From Prochlorococcus sp. AG-355-J23 (GTDB lineage: Bacteria > Cyanobacteriota > Cyanobacteriia > PCC-6307 > Cyanobiaceae), in assembly GCA_003278705.1 (NCBI GenBank), contig QCDR01000002.1, positions 52,593 through 116,592 on the forward strand: a DNA stretch of 64,000 nt. The letters are read 5' to 3'. The notes beneath the pieces were generated by a model, which saw nothing but the letters and a program-made list of their open reading frames with translations, did not search any database and was not told the DNA's origin. A program made the position numbers and the translations under genes. This document shows, one piece after another, positions 19,118 through 29,343 of this stretch; within the stretch, counting starts at the first letter, position 1, and each line of letters starts with the position of its first letter.

Positions 19118-19686
19118 TATTTACTATGTTTTAAAAGTTCTATAGTTTTAATAAGTAATAAAAGAGGAAAAAGCATTAAAAAATGATATCCAATCTTACC
19201 TAATGAGTATTTCCCTAAATTATATAAAAATAAATTAAATTGACTGTAGATTATAATTTGTATTGAGTTGTAAAATATTCCAGTTAAATGCATAGCACCT
19301 ATTGCAATAAATCCATTTTTTAAAAAGTTTACAAAGTTTATTTTATTTCTATTATTTAAATTATCAATGATTTTTATTAATGGATAAAAACCTAATAAAT
19401 AACCAAAATTTGGAGTGAGCAAATAGCCTATTGAACCTCCTTGATGAAAGACAGGAAATATAAATAATCCCAAAATTAAATATATAGAAAATGCTCTGAA
19501 AACAACCTTTTTATGAAATATAAGTGTTAATAAAATTATTGTTGGAATTTGCCATGTTATAGGCAACTCAAAATTATTACTAGATTTATAGATAAAAGGT
19601 AGTGGAATATAAACAGGTAACATTGAGGTTATTACTAATGATTGAAGACTCACTAGTATCTCAATGAATTTATAAAAATTGAGCAT
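19117..19686 (-). CDS. bioY: Biotin transporter BioY (ECF S-component)
   Basis: PITWQ, YLILGL..FPVF.QGG and P.FGYLLGF motifs. Confidence 0.85.
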   Translation of the reverse strand: MLNFYKFIEILVSLQSLVITSMLPVYIPLPFIYKSSNNFELPITWQIPTIILLTLIFHKKVVFRAFSIYLILGLFIFPVFHQGGSIGYLLTPNFGYLLGFYPLIKIIDNLNNRNKINFVNFLKNGFIAIGAMHLTGIFYNSIQIIIYSQFNLFLYNLGKYSLGKIGYHFLMLFPLLLLIKTIELLKHSK

Positions 19687-19701
19687 TATTATAAATTCTA
19701 T

Positions 19702-20934
19702 TTATAAACTTCTCAATGCAACAATTGGATCTAATTTAGAAGCTCTTTTTGCAGGTAAAACGCCAAAGATTAAACCTATTGATCCTGAAATGATCATGGT
19801 GGAAAAAGTTGTTGTAATTCCTACTGATGCAGGAAGTGGTGTTATCAGAGATAAAAGAAAAACACCTGATAATCCCGTTGTTGTTCCAATTAATCCTCCA
19901 ATTGTAGATAAAATCAATGCCTCAATTAAAAATTGAATTAATATATCTGACTGTTTAGCACCTATTGCTTTTCTTAGTCCAATCTCTTCAGTCCTTTCGC
20001 TTACAGAAACGAGCATAATATTCATTATTCCTATACCTCCAACCACTAAAGATACTGCGCCTATACCAGCCAATAAAAACGTTAGCCCACTTGTTATGTT
20101 GGTTACTATATTCAATGCATCTTCTTGCGACCTAACCGCAAAGTCATCATCTCTGATTATTTTATGTCGTTGCCTTAATAAGTTAGTAATCTGAAATTTA
20201 GCGGCACTAGTTGCATTTTTATTTATCGCTTCAACACTAATGAAGCTTAAACTTACACCATATGTAGGATCCTTCCCTGTAATCCTATTTACCATAGTGG
20301 TTAATGGAATATAAGCATTTTTATCTTGATTACTCCCAAATACAGCACCTTTTGGTTTTAATATTCCAATAATTTCGTAAGTATGATCTTTAATTCTAAT
20401 TTTTCTTCCTAGTGATGATGATTTATCTTTGAAAAATTCATCTTTAAGATCAGGACCTATTACTACATAACTTCTTGCACTGTTAACATCGCTTTTAGAT
20501 AAAAATCTTCCCTTATCTACTTCAAAGCTTCTTACATCAAGAAATTCAGGAGTAACTCCTGCAATAGATATATTGAGGCTTTTAGAGTTTGATTGCACTA
20601 TTTCGTTTGCAGAGATTTGAGGAGCAACTTTTTTAACTGTTGGGACTTGATTACTTATTGCTTCTGCATCTTCTAAAACTAGGTTTTTAGGAAATGAAAT
20701 GCCTCTTCTTCTTGTGTCATTATTTCCAGGAACAATGAATAAAACATTTGCACCTAAATTACTTAATTGGTTTTTTGCTAATGTTTGAGCACCTCTTCCA
20801 AGTCCAACAAGTGTAATAACTGATGCATTTCCTATAATAATCCCCAGCATTGTTAAGGAACTTCTCAATTTGTTCGAAACTAAAGTTTTTGTGGCCATGC
20901 CTAAGGCTTCTTTTATTGAGATATTCCTAGACAT
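19702..20934 (-). CDS. MacB/FtsX-like ABC transporter permease
   Basis: LRSSLTMLGIIIG, GGIGIMNIMLVSVSERTEEIGLRKAIGA and LDPIVALR motifs. Confidence 0.93.
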   Translation of the reverse strand: MSRNISIKEALGMATKTLVSNKLRSSLTMLGIIIGNASVITLVGLGRGAQTLAKNQLSNLGANVLFIVPGNNDTRRRGISFPKNLVLEDAEAISNQVPTVKKVAPQISANEIVQSNSKSLNISIAGVTPEFLDVRSFEVDKGRFLSKSDVNSARSYVVIGPDLKDEFFKDKSSSLGRKIRIKDHTYEIIGILKPKGAVFGSNQDKNAYIPLTTMVNRITGKDPTYGVSLSFISVEAINKNATSAAKFQITNLLRQRHKIIRDDDFAVRSQEDALNIVTNITSGLTFLLAGIGAVSLVVGGIGIMNIMLVSVSERTEEIGLRKAIGAKQSDILIQFLIEALILSTIGGLIGTTTGLSGVFLLSLITPLPASVGITTTFSTMIISGSIGLIFGVLPAKRASKLDPIVALRSL

Positions 20935-22717
20935 ATTTATATTTATCTATTGAATCATCATCCTCAATTTGCCCCATATATATAACACCTTCATTAAGCT
21001 GAAGTGTAATAAGGTCGCCATTACTAATTTGATGATTATCCATATTTTCTAAATTACAAATTGTGGAAAATTTTTTATTATTTTTGTTAAACAAAGCATA
21101 AACATCATTTACATTTTGGTTGGTAACAATGCCCGCAATATTTTTACTCAGTGGAATATTATTCATTAATTCCTCCGGAACAAATAATATTTCTCCTGGA
21201 CAAATTAAGGAGATGTCAAGATTATTTTTTATTATTCTTGCTTTACCTGTAACACCAATTTCCCCTATTGAAATTCCTCTCGATACAATCTTTCTTACTA
21301 AACCGACTTTTATTAAATCTGTAGAGCCGCTAATTCCAGTTAATGTGCCCGCAGTTTGAACTACTAAATCTCCTTGATTTAAGACCCCCATCTCCTGAGC
21401 AATTTGCATAGCTAAACTAAATGTCTTTGCTGTTCTATCATCATTTTTAACTACTATAGGAGTAACTCCCCAAACAAGTTGCAATCTTCTCGCTACACTT
21501 CTCTCTGTAGTAGTTGCCAAGATAGGTGTTGGTGGTCTGAACTTACTTACATTTCGAGCAGTAGAGCCTGATTTTGTTAAAGGGATTATTGCTCCTGCAT
21601 CAAGTTGTCTAGCTATATTACTAACTGCCGCACTAATTGCATTTGGGATCGTACTAGGTAAGTGACTCTCAATAGCTTTAAGTGGATAATCCCTTTCAAT
21701 TCTTCTCGCTATGGTTGCCATCGTTTCTACTGCCTCAACAGGATAATCGCCAACTGCAGTTTCATTTGAAAGCATTACTGCATCTGTTCCATCCAAAATT
21801 GCATTTGCAACATCACTAACTTCTGCCCTAGTTGGTCTTGGATTTGAAGCCATAGAATCAAGCATTTGAGTCGCAGTAATTATTGGAATACCTAATGTAT
21901 TGGCTTTTCTTATTAATTCCTTTTGTAAAAGAGGAACCTCTTCAGCAGGCATTTCTACTCCCAAATCACCTCTTGCAACCATAACCCCATCGCATAAGGG
22001 TAATACAGTATCAATTTGATCAATTGCTTCAAATTTTTCTATTTTCGCCACTACAGGAGTTGAATGACCATTTTTGTTTATTAAGTCTTTAATCTCATTT
22101 ATATCGGATGGATTTCTTACGAAACTTAGAGCTATCCAATCAACTCCTTCAGATAAACCAAATTTTAAATCCTCTTTATCTTTCTCTGTTAATGCTTTTA
22201 CGGATAACTGAACATCTGGAAAATTAACCCCTTTATTATTAGAAAGAACGCCCCCTACAGTTACTAGGCACTCTAAAAGATTAGCTTTTATATCTACTTT
22301 TTCTACAATCATTTCTATTTTGCCATCATCTAATAGAATTCTTTTCCCTTCGCTAACTTCCTGAGAAAGTTTGTCATAGGTTACATTTGCAATAGTAGTT
22401 GTACATTCGACTTCATTTGATGTCAGTGTAAATTTATCACCTTTTTTAACTTTTACTGGACCATCCTTAAAGCGTCCTAATCTTATTTTAGGTCCTTGAA
22501 GATCTTGTAATATTCCAATATCTATATCTAACTTTTTTGATACTTCTCTTATTGTTTTTATTCTCTCAGCATGATCTTTATGATCTCCATGTGAGAAATT
22601 TAATCTGAACGTTGTTACTCCAGCTTTAATTAAATCTGTAATTATCTCTTCAGATTGGGTTGCAGGGCCAATAGTTGCTACAATTTTTGTTCTTCTTTTT
22701 AAATCAATATTCGACAT
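20927..22717 (-). CDS. pyk: Pyruvate kinase with C-terminal PEP-utiliser-like extension
   Basis: TKIVATIGPA, RLNFSHG, MVARGDLGVE and DAVMLSNETA motifs. Confidence 0.98.
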   Translation of the reverse strand: MSNIDLKRRTKIVATIGPATQSEEIITDLIKAGVTTFRLNFSHGDHKDHAERIKTIREVSKKLDIDIGILQDLQGPKIRLGRFKDGPVKVKKGDKFTLTSNEVECTTTIANVTYDKLSQEVSEGKRILLDDGKIEMIVEKVDIKANLLECLVTVGGVLSNNKGVNFPDVQLSVKALTEKDKEDLKFGLSEGVDWIALSFVRNPSDINEIKDLINKNGHSTPVVAKIEKFEAIDQIDTVLPLCDGVMVARGDLGVEMPAEEVPLLQKELIRKANTLGIPIITATQMLDSMASNPRPTRAEVSDVANAILDGTDAVMLSNETAVGDYPVEAVETMATIARRIERDYPLKAIESHLPSTIPNAISAAVSNIARQLDAGAIIPLTKSGSTARNVSKFRPPTPILATTTERSVARRLQLVWGVTPIVVKNDDRTAKTFSLAMQIAQEMGVLNQGDLVVQTAGTLTGISGSTDLIKVGLVRKIVSRGISIGEIGVTGKARIIKNNLDISLICPGEILFVPEELMNNIPLSKNIAGIVTNQNVNDVYALFNKNNKKFSTICNLENMDNHQISNGDLITLQLNEGVIYMGQIEDDDSIDKYKYV

Positions 22718-22778
22718 ATATAGATAATATTGCTAGATATAAATAAATTTAACATACCCAAAGTTAGTTATTTAAGTC

Positions 22779-23108
22779 ATGGATTTTAAAACTTATCAGA
22801 AAAAAGCGAGGGAAACAGCACAATATCCAAATTTAGGCTCAAATAATATTTATCCAACTCTTGGTTTAGTTGGCGAGGCTGGTGAGGTAGCAGAAAAAGT
22901 AAAAAAAGTTATAAGAGATAAAAATGGAATATTTGATAACGAATCAAAATTAGGAATTAAGAAAGAGTTAGGGGATGTATTGTGGTACATATCAAATCTT
23001 TGTACAGAATTAAATTTTAATTTAGAGGATGTTGCATTACAAAATCTTGAAAAATTAAAATTAAGAGCTGCTAAAGGAAAAATAAAAGGTTCTGGAGACG
23101 ATAGATAA
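22779..23108 (+). CDS. MazG-like nucleoside triphosphate pyrophosphohydrolase (single domain)
   Basis: LGLVGEAGEVAEKVKK...ELGDVLWY and C-terminal GSGDDR. Confidence 0.9.
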   Translation: MDFKTYQKKARETAQYPNLGSNNIYPTLGLVGEAGEVAEKVKKVIRDKNGIFDNESKLGIKKELGDVLWYISNLCTELNFNLEDVALQNLEKLKLRAAKGKIKGSGDDR

Positions 23109-23110
23109 AT

Positions 23111-23389
23111 TTAGTTATAGCCTAAGCTTGCATACTGGAGATTTGTAATTAAATTTTGAATAACATTAAGAAGTAAAAAAGCTAATAAAGATGAAATATC
23201 AAATCCGCCTATTGGAGGGATAATACCTCTAAAAATGTTTAAATAAGGATCTGTGATAGACGTTAATGCAGACAAAACACCGTTACTCCAATCGATACCA
23301 GGGAACCAAGTAAGTAAAATTCTTATTATTAATATGAAAGAATAGATTGATAAAGTTTGGCCCAGAACTGCGAAAATCTCAGATACCAT
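23111..23389 (-). CDS. YggT/Ycf19 family membrane protein
   Basis: RILLTWFP, ITDPYLNIFRGIIPPIGGFDIS motifs. Confidence 0.92.
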   Translation of the reverse strand: MVSEIFAVLGQTLSIYSFILIIRILLTWFPGIDWSNGVLSALTSITDPYLNIFRGIIPPIGGFDISSLLAFLLLNVIQNLITNLQYASLGYN

Positions 23390-23427
23390 TATCTTGTAAT
23401 AATTTAGTTTATTCTAACATTTACTTA

Positions 23428-23973
23428 TTATTGCTGCTTGTTATCATGACTTCCTATCTTTGAAAGATATTCATTGCTTACAGCAAAAGTTTGAAAAAAC
23501 TTTTCTGATAATGATAACCAATATGACCTACCATCTTTTTGCCTCCTTTTTACAATAAACTTTTTTTCTAATAATTCTTTAATATGATCATAAGCCCCTG
23601 AACCTCGTAGAAGAATAAGATCCGATTGTAGAATCTTTTTTTTGATTGCAATAGTTGCTAATGTCCTTAATTCTGATGTTTTCAAATCAGAAGGAAGTAA
23701 ATCATCGACGAATTCATTAAGATTAGATCTTAATTCGAGAGAAAAACTATTATTAATTTCATTTAATTCAATAGCTGATTTTGGATTTGAATATTTAATT
23801 TTTAGATCTTTAATTGCATCACTTATTGAGTTGATATCAGAATTAATAATTTCTGAAAGCTCCTTTTTTGATATTGGTCTACCTTTCAAATATAGAACAG
23901 CTTCAACTTTAGTAACTAGATCTATATCAGATATTTTCTTGTCATTCAGATCAGATTGATTAATTTTTTTTAC
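23428..23973 (-). CDS. scpB: SMC-Scp complex subunit ScpB (start codon uncertain)
   Basis: LRTLATIA, LRGSGAYDHIKEL and GRS motifs. The frame stays open upstream of TTG 23889 and encodes the conserved LVTKVEAVLY helix. Confidence 0.88.
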   Translation of the reverse strand, partial: VKKINQSDLNDKKISDIDLVTKVEAVLYLKGRPISKKELSEIINSDINSISDAIKDLKIKYSNPKSAIELNEINNSFSLELRSNLNEFVDDLLPSDLKTSELRTLATIAIKKKILQSDLILLRGSGAYDHIKELLEKKFIVKRRQKDGRSYWLSLSEKFFQTFAVSNEYLSKIGSHDNKQQ

Positions 23974-24000
23974 CGAAATCTTTCCTAATTTACCTTATAT

Positions 24001-25542
24001 TTATTCTGATGCACCAAGGAATAATTTATATGTATCGTTTTGAGTTTCATCCCAGAATTTATATCCTAGAATTCTTATAAATTTATTCCAATCTAAAATT
24101 TCATTTCTATCGATTAAAACTCCAATAACAATTTTTCCTACATCAGCACCATAATTTCTATAGTGGAATATGCTTATCGACCAATTAGATTTCATATTAT
24201 TTAGGAAATCTATTAGTGCTCCAGGTCTCTCAGGAAACTCAAATCTGTATAATAGCTCTACAAAGTTTTTATTACTCATTTCTTTAAAATTGGTTGGTAA
24301 TCTTCCACCTACCATATGTCTTAGATGATTTTTGGATAATTCATCATCACTTATATCAATAAATGGGTACTCAGAATTTCTAAATTTATTTAAGAGATTT
24401 TTTTTATCATTTAACCCATAGACTTGAACTCCTACAAATATCTGAGCATCCTTAGAATTTGACATTCTATAGCTAAATTCAGTTAAATTTCTATTATCAA
24501 GTAACTTACAAAAATCAATTAAACTACCAGCACGTTCTGGAATTTCAACAGCCATCATTACTTCTTTGCTCTCTCCAAGCTCTGCTCTTTCTGCCACAAA
24601 TCTAAGACGCTCAAAGTTCATATTTGCACCACATGCAATCGCAACCATTTTTTTATTTGAATGATTCGAATGCAAAATATCTTTTTTCATTCCTGCTATT
24701 GATAATGCGCCTGCTGGTTCTAGTATTGATCTTGTATCTTCGAAAACATCTTTTATTGCAGCACATATTTCATCTGTATTAACCCTAATCATCTTATCTA
24801 TATATTTTTTCCCAATATCAAAAGTATTTTTACCAATTTTTTTGACCGCTACTCCATCTGCAAATTGACCGACAGAAGATAATTCAACAATTTTTGATTC
24901 TTCTAAAGATTTTGTCATTGCGTCTGCGTCTTCAGGCTCTACGCCAATTATTTTTACTTCAGGCCATATTTTTTTAATGTATAAAGATATTCCTGATATC
25001 AATCCTCCACCACCAACAGCAATATAAATTGCATAAGGTTTTTCCTTTAGTTGTTGTTCTATTTCAATAGCTATAGTTCCTTGTCCTGCTATAACATCAG
25101 GATCATCAAAAGGATGAATAAAAAATAAATTTCTTTCTTGGCTTATCCTTATTGCCTCTTTGTAAGTTTCATCATAATTATCACCAAATAATATAACTTT
25201 TGCTTTTAAATTTTTTACTGCATTAACTTTTACTAGAGGTGTTGTAATGGGCATTAATATAGTTGCTTGGCAATTTAACTTGAGAGCGCTAAGTGCAACG
25301 CCTTGAGCATGATTGCCAGCACTTGAAGTAATTACTCCCTGAGTAAGCTGAGATTTACTGAGCTTACTCATTTTGTTATATGCTCCTCTTATTTTGAATG
25401 AGAATACATCTTGTAGATCTTCTCTTTTTAGGAAAATTTCATTATTAAGCGTATTACTTAAATTATGAGCTTTCTCTAGCGGTGTTTTTTTGGCTACTTC
25501 ATAGACTTTAGCTTGAAGTATTTTTTCAAAATAATCATTCAT
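24001..25542 (-). CDS. ilvA: Threonine ammonia-lyase, biosynthetic
   Basis: KREDLQ.VFSFKIRGA and SAGNHAQG motifs; C-terminal regulatory domains (FEFPERPGAL). Confidence 0.97.
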   Translation of the reverse strand: MNDYFEKILQAKVYEVAKKTPLEKAHNLSNTLNNEIFLKREDLQDVFSFKIRGAYNKMSKLSKSQLTQGVITSSAGNHAQGVALSALKLNCQATILMPITTPLVKVNAVKNLKAKVILFGDNYDETYKEAIRISQERNLFFIHPFDDPDVIAGQGTIAIEIEQQLKEKPYAIYIAVGGGGLISGISLYIKKIWPEVKIIGVEPEDADAMTKSLEESKIVELSSVGQFADGVAVKKIGKNTFDIGKKYIDKMIRVNTDEICAAIKDVFEDTRSILEPAGALSIAGMKKDILHSNHSNKKMVAIACGANMNFERLRFVAERAELGESKEVMMAVEIPERAGSLIDFCKLLDNRNLTEFSYRMSNSKDAQIFVGVQVYGLNDKKNLLNKFRNSEYPFIDISDDELSKNHLRHMVGGRLPTNFKEMSNKNFVELLYRFEFPERPGALIDFLNNMKSNWSISIFHYRNYGADVGKIVIGVLIDRNEILDWNKFIRILGYKFWDETQNDTYKLFLGASE

Positions 25543-25658
25543 ATATATATTTTTAGCATTAATTATTAATCTAATAAAACATTACATGATCTATTTCAAA
25601 AAAAATACTCATTTTGCACCTCGGCGTTTTAGATTAGATAGATACCAATTTTTGTTAA

Positions 25659-27548
25659 ATGCTTTTAAGTGAGTTAAGTCATCCAAATCAACTTCATGGC
25701 TTAACAGTTTCACAATTAGAGGAAATTGCTTGTCAAATCAGAGAAAGACATCTTCAAGTAGTATCTACTAGTGGTGGACATCTTGGTCCTGGTTTAGGTG
25801 TAGTTGAGCTGACGTTGGCTTTATATCAAACTCTCGATCTTGATTTTGACAAAGTTGTTTGGGATGTAGGACATCAAGGTTATCCTCATAAATTAATAAC
25901 AGGACGATTCAGTCAATTTGATTCCCTTAGACAACAAAATGGAGTAGCTGGATATCTAAAAAGAAGTGAAAGTAAATTTGATCATTTTGGTGCTGGACAT
26001 GCAAGTACCTCCATTTCTGCTGCTTTAGGAATGGCAATAGCAAGAGATAGAAAAGGTGAAAATTATAAATGTGTTGCTGTTATTGGAGACGGAGCATTAA
26101 CTGGAGGTATGGCATTAGAAGCTATAAATCACGCAGGGCACTTACCAAATACTCCTTTAGTTGTAGTATTAAACGATAATGATATGTCGATTTCACCTCC
26201 TGTTGGAGCTCTTTCATCTTATTTAAATAAGGTAAGAGTTAGTCCTCCATTGCAATTTTTGTCAGATAGTGTTCAAGAAAGTGTAAAAAATATTCCCTTA
26301 ATCGGAAAGGATATACCAGAAGAATTAAAAAATATTAAAGGAAGCGTTAGACGATTGGCTGTGCCTAAGGTTGGAGCTGTTTTTGAGGAACTTGGATTTA
26401 CATACATGGGTCCAATAGATGGTCATGATATTGGAAATTTAGTTAATACTTTTAACGCCGCTCATAAACTTAAAAAACCTGTACTTGTTCATGTTGTCAC
26501 AACAAAAGGGAAGGGTTATCCTTATGCAGAAGCAGATCAGGTCGGATATCATGCACAGTCTGCATTTGATTTGACAACTGGGAAATCTATTCCATCAAAA
26601 AAACCTAAGCCTGTTAGTTATAGTAAAATATTTGGTCAAACCTTATTGAAAATATGTGAACAAGATAGCAAAGTCGTTGGCATTACTGCTGCAATGGCTA
26701 CAGGTACTGGTTTAGATATATTGCAAAGAAATATTCCAGATCAATATATTGATGTAGGAATAGCAGAACAACATGCAGTTACACTTGCGGCGGGAATGTC
26801 GTGCGATGGTCTTAAACCTGTTGTAGCTATTTATAGTACTTTTCTTCAACGTGCTTTCGATCAATTAATTCATGATGTAGGGATACAAAATTTACCTGTA
26901 TCATTCGTTCTTGATAGAGCTGGAATAGTTGGAGCTGACGGTCCTACTCACCAAGGTCAGTACGATATCAGTTATATGAGATCTATACCAAATTTTGTAT
27001 TGATGGCACCAAAAGATGAGTCTGAACTACAGAGAATGTTAATAACCTCAATAAACCATAATGGTCCTACAGCACTAAGAATTCCTAGAGGCTCTGGGTT
27101 AGGAGTGGCTGTAATGGATGAGGGTTGGGAACCTTTAAATATAGGTGAAGCTGAAATACTTGAAGAAGGAGAGGATGTTTTAATTATTGCTTATGGTTCA
27201 ATGGTCGCATCAGCTATCGAAACAGCAAAGATACTAAAAAATAAGAACATTAATGCATGTCTTATTAATGCAAGATTTGTGAAACCCCTTGATAAAAATC
27301 TTATTATGCCTCTAGCAAGTAGGATTAAAAAAGTAGTAACTATGGAAGAAGGAACCCTAATAGGTGGATTTGGTTCCGCAATAGTTGAATTATTAAACGA
27401 TAATGAAATAAATATTCCTGTATGCAGAATAGGTATACCTGATGTTTTAGTTGATCATGCTTCACCTGATCAGAGTAAAGAAAAATTAGGACTTATGCCT
27501 GATCAGATGGCAGATAAAATTATTAAAAAATTTAAGTTAGATATTTAA
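25659..27548 (+). CDS. dxs: 1-deoxy-D-xylulose-5-phosphate synthase
   Basis: [23 protein letters not shown] and [15 protein letters not shown] motifs. Confidence 0.98.
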   Translation: MLLSELSHPNQLHGLTVSQLEEIACQIRERHLQVVSTSGGHLGPGLGVVELTLALYQTLDLDFDKVVWDVGHQGYPHKLITGRFSQFDSLRQQNGVAGYLKRSESKFDHFGAGHASTSISAALGMAIARDRKGENYKCVAVIGDGALTGGMALEAINHAGHLPNTPLVVVLNDNDMSISPPVGALSSYLNKVRVSPPLQFLSDSVQESVKNIPLIGKDIPEELKNIKGSVRRLAVPKVGAVFEELGFTYMGPIDGHDIGNLVNTFNAAHKLKKPVLVHVVTTKGKGYPYAEADQVGYHAQSAFDLTTGKSIPSKKPKPVSYSKIFGQTLLKICEQDSKVVGITAAMATGTGLDILQRNIPDQYIDVGIAEQHAVTLAAGMSCDGLKPVVAIYSTFLQRAFDQLIHDVGIQNLPVSFVLDRAGIVGADGPTHQGQYDISYMRSIPNFVLMAPKDESELQRMLITSINHNGPTALRIPRGSGLGVAVMDEGWEPLNIGEAEILEEGEDVLIIAYGSMVASAIETAKILKNKNINACLINARFVKPLDKNLIMPLASRIKKVVTMEEGTLIGGFGSAIVELLNDNEINIPVCRIGIPDVLVDHASPDQSKEKLGLMPDQMADKIIKKFKLDI

Positions 27549-27570
27549 AAATTTAATAAATAAATTTTTA
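27546..27570. terminator. Possible bidirectional hairpin between convergent dxs and psaK
   Basis: Perfect 10-bp AT-only inverted repeat TAAAAATTTA-N5-TAAATTTTTA; thermodynamically weak. Confidence 0.35.
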
Positions 27571-27828
27571 TAAAACACCACGTGAGGCTAATCCTAAGAT
27601 TGCTCCAATTCCGAAAATATGACCTAGGCAATTAGCACCTACAACTGATGCGTGACTTAAACCACCATAGAATTTTGAATTAGGTATTTCAAAACCTTCA
27701 TTAGGTTTTCTTATTGTTGCTCTAGCAATTGCATAAGCAAAAACATTACATGCAATCATTACGACGGCACACTTTGGAGACCAAGAAAAAGTTGCTGGAT
27801 CTGCAGCTGCAAATAATGTAGTAAACAT
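27568..27828 (-). CDS. psaK: Photosystem I subunit PsaK
   Basis: WSPKCAVVMIACN and LGHIFGIGAILGL motifs. Confidence 0.93.
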   Translation of the reverse strand: MFTTLFAAADPATFSWSPKCAVVMIACNVFAYAIARATIRKPNEGFEIPNSKFYGGLSHASVVGANCLGHIFGIGAILGLASRGVL

Positions 27829-27894
27829 AAAAAATCGTTATTTTTATATATTCTCTAATACTTTTACCTAAAAAACACAAAATTGTAAAAGGTC

Positions 27895-28230
27895 TTAAGA
27901 GTTGTTTACTTCTAGTCTATTTAATAACTTTATAAATCCTAACAAAATAACAAAATCACTTAGCGTTAGGAAGGATTCTGCAAAGCCATGCAGGAAGTCA
28001 ACCTCTACAAGGGTTTTATCATAGTAATTTAGTGTGAAGATAGATACCAATATAGTTATTAATACGAATAAAACAGTTAAGGAAAATCCTGTTTTTATAA
28101 AAATATTAACAGTTTTGATTTTACATAAGTAAAACAAAAATATTGCATATGGAATTATTGATACTGCGAACAATAATGTATTATCAATGGAACCTAATTT
28201 TTCTATAAATTTAATAAATAAATCATTCAT
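27895..28230 (-). CDS. DUF3593 family membrane protein
   Basis: LFAVSIIPY.IFL and VDFLHG.AESFLTL motifs; paired with DUF2499. Confidence 0.8.
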   Translation of the reverse strand: MNDLFIKFIEKLGSIDNTLLFAVSIIPYAIFLFYLCKIKTVNIFIKTGFSLTVLFVLITILVSIFTLNYYDKTLVEVDFLHGFAESFLTLSDFVILLGFIKLLNRLEVNNS

Positions 28231-28525
28231 AAGTCTCTTCCTTTTTATAAATAGTGAATGATGCGAGAGCTAATGTTGTATTACCAATAAATGTAAATAT
28301 CCCTTGAAGCGTTACTAATCCATACAATACATCTTGATTATCATAGATATGCCAAGTAATAGCGCACATAGCTCCTATTAAGTTTGGTATCATAGCTAAG
28401 CTTAACCAAAAAAATACATTGTATTCTTTATATGTCGAAATTTGGTATATAACAAAGATGGTAAGTATCCATTCAATTACCGAAGAGATGTGAATTAACC
28501 AAGTTCCAAATGTAAGTTCGTGCAA
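28223..28525 (-). CDS. Ycf49/DUF2499 family membrane protein
   Basis: TWLIHISSVIEW and AMCAITWH.YDN motifs. Confidence 0.85.
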   Translation of the reverse strand: MHELTFGTWLIHISSVIEWILTIFVIYQISTYKEYNVFFWLSLAMIPNLIGAMCAITWHIYDNQDVLYGLVTLQGIFTFIGNTTLALASFTIYKKEETYE

Positions 28526-28528
28526 AAT

Positions 28529-29065
28529 TTATATTTTTTTCTTTAGTACATTAAGTACTTCTTTGGCATGATTTATAGGTAAAACACTTATCCATCTATA
28601 AGAAATTTCACCTTCTGGAGAAATCAAAAAAGTATTTCTATCTGAAAATGGAGGAATCCAAGAACCATATTTATCGCTAATAATTCCTTCAGGATCGGAT
28701 AATAAAGTGTAGTTTATAGATTTCTCGCTGCAAAAACTTTCATGAGAGTCTTGATTATCAGCACTAATACCAACAATTTCGGCATTATATTTTGAAAAAT
28801 CTTTTTTTAATTCCGAAAAACCTTTAGCTTCAAGAGTGCAACCTGCGGTAAAGTCCTTTGGATAAAAATACATAACAAGCCACTTACCTTTAAAATCATT
28901 TAATTCCCAAATATTTTTTGATTTTATGTTTTTATTAAAACCTTCTAATTGAAAGTTTGGAGCAATATCACCAACTTCGGGAGCAAAGTCAAAAGCTATT
29001 GCTGAATTACAATTAAATAAAAAAATAAAAGATATTAATATACTTACAACTAAATTTCTCATCAA
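28529..29065 (-). CDS. Peroxiredoxin, BCP/PrxQ type, with N-terminal signal peptide
   Basis: YFYPKDFTAGCTLEA and RNTFLI motifs; hydrophobic leader ending AIA. Confidence 0.92.
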   Translation of the reverse strand: MMRNLVVSILISFIFLFNCNSAIAFDFAPEVGDIAPNFQLEGFNKNIKSKNIWELNDFKGKWLVMYFYPKDFTAGCTLEAKGFSELKKDFSKYNAEIVGISADNQDSHESFCSEKSINYTLLSDPEGIISDKYGSWIPPFSDRNTFLISPEGEISYRWISVLPINHAKEVLNVLKKKI

Positions 29066-29067
29066 AT

Positions 29068-29304
29068 TTAGAATTTTTTTAAATCAACTCCATATGATTT
29101 AGCAAATTTATCTAAACCTACTTTTTGAATAGACTTTAGTGCTTTGGTGCTAATTTTAATATTCACCCATTTTTTGCCTTCTTCCCACCAAAGTCTCCTT
29201 TTTTGGAGATTAACTTGTTGCAATTTTTTTGTACGAATATGTGAGTGACTCACTGCCATCCCGTTATTTGCTTTTGCACCTGTCAGTTCGCAAACTCTTG
29301 ACAT
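29068..29304 (-). CDS. rpmB: 50S ribosomal protein L28
   Basis: MSRVCELTG...[17 protein letters not shown]. Confidence 0.98.
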   Translation of the reverse strand: MSRVCELTGAKANNGMAVSHSHIRTKKLQQVNLQKRRLWWEEGKKWVNIKISTKALKSIQKVGLDKFAKSYGVDLKKF

Positions 29305-29343
29305 ATTTATTGAGTTATATCTTTAAAAATTCTAACACATGAC

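Noticed and set aside
22779-23108. MazG-like gene as a phage-derived or defence gene
   Set aside because: Embedded in core genes (pyk, yggT) with ordinary composition and no mobile or toxin-antitoxin context.
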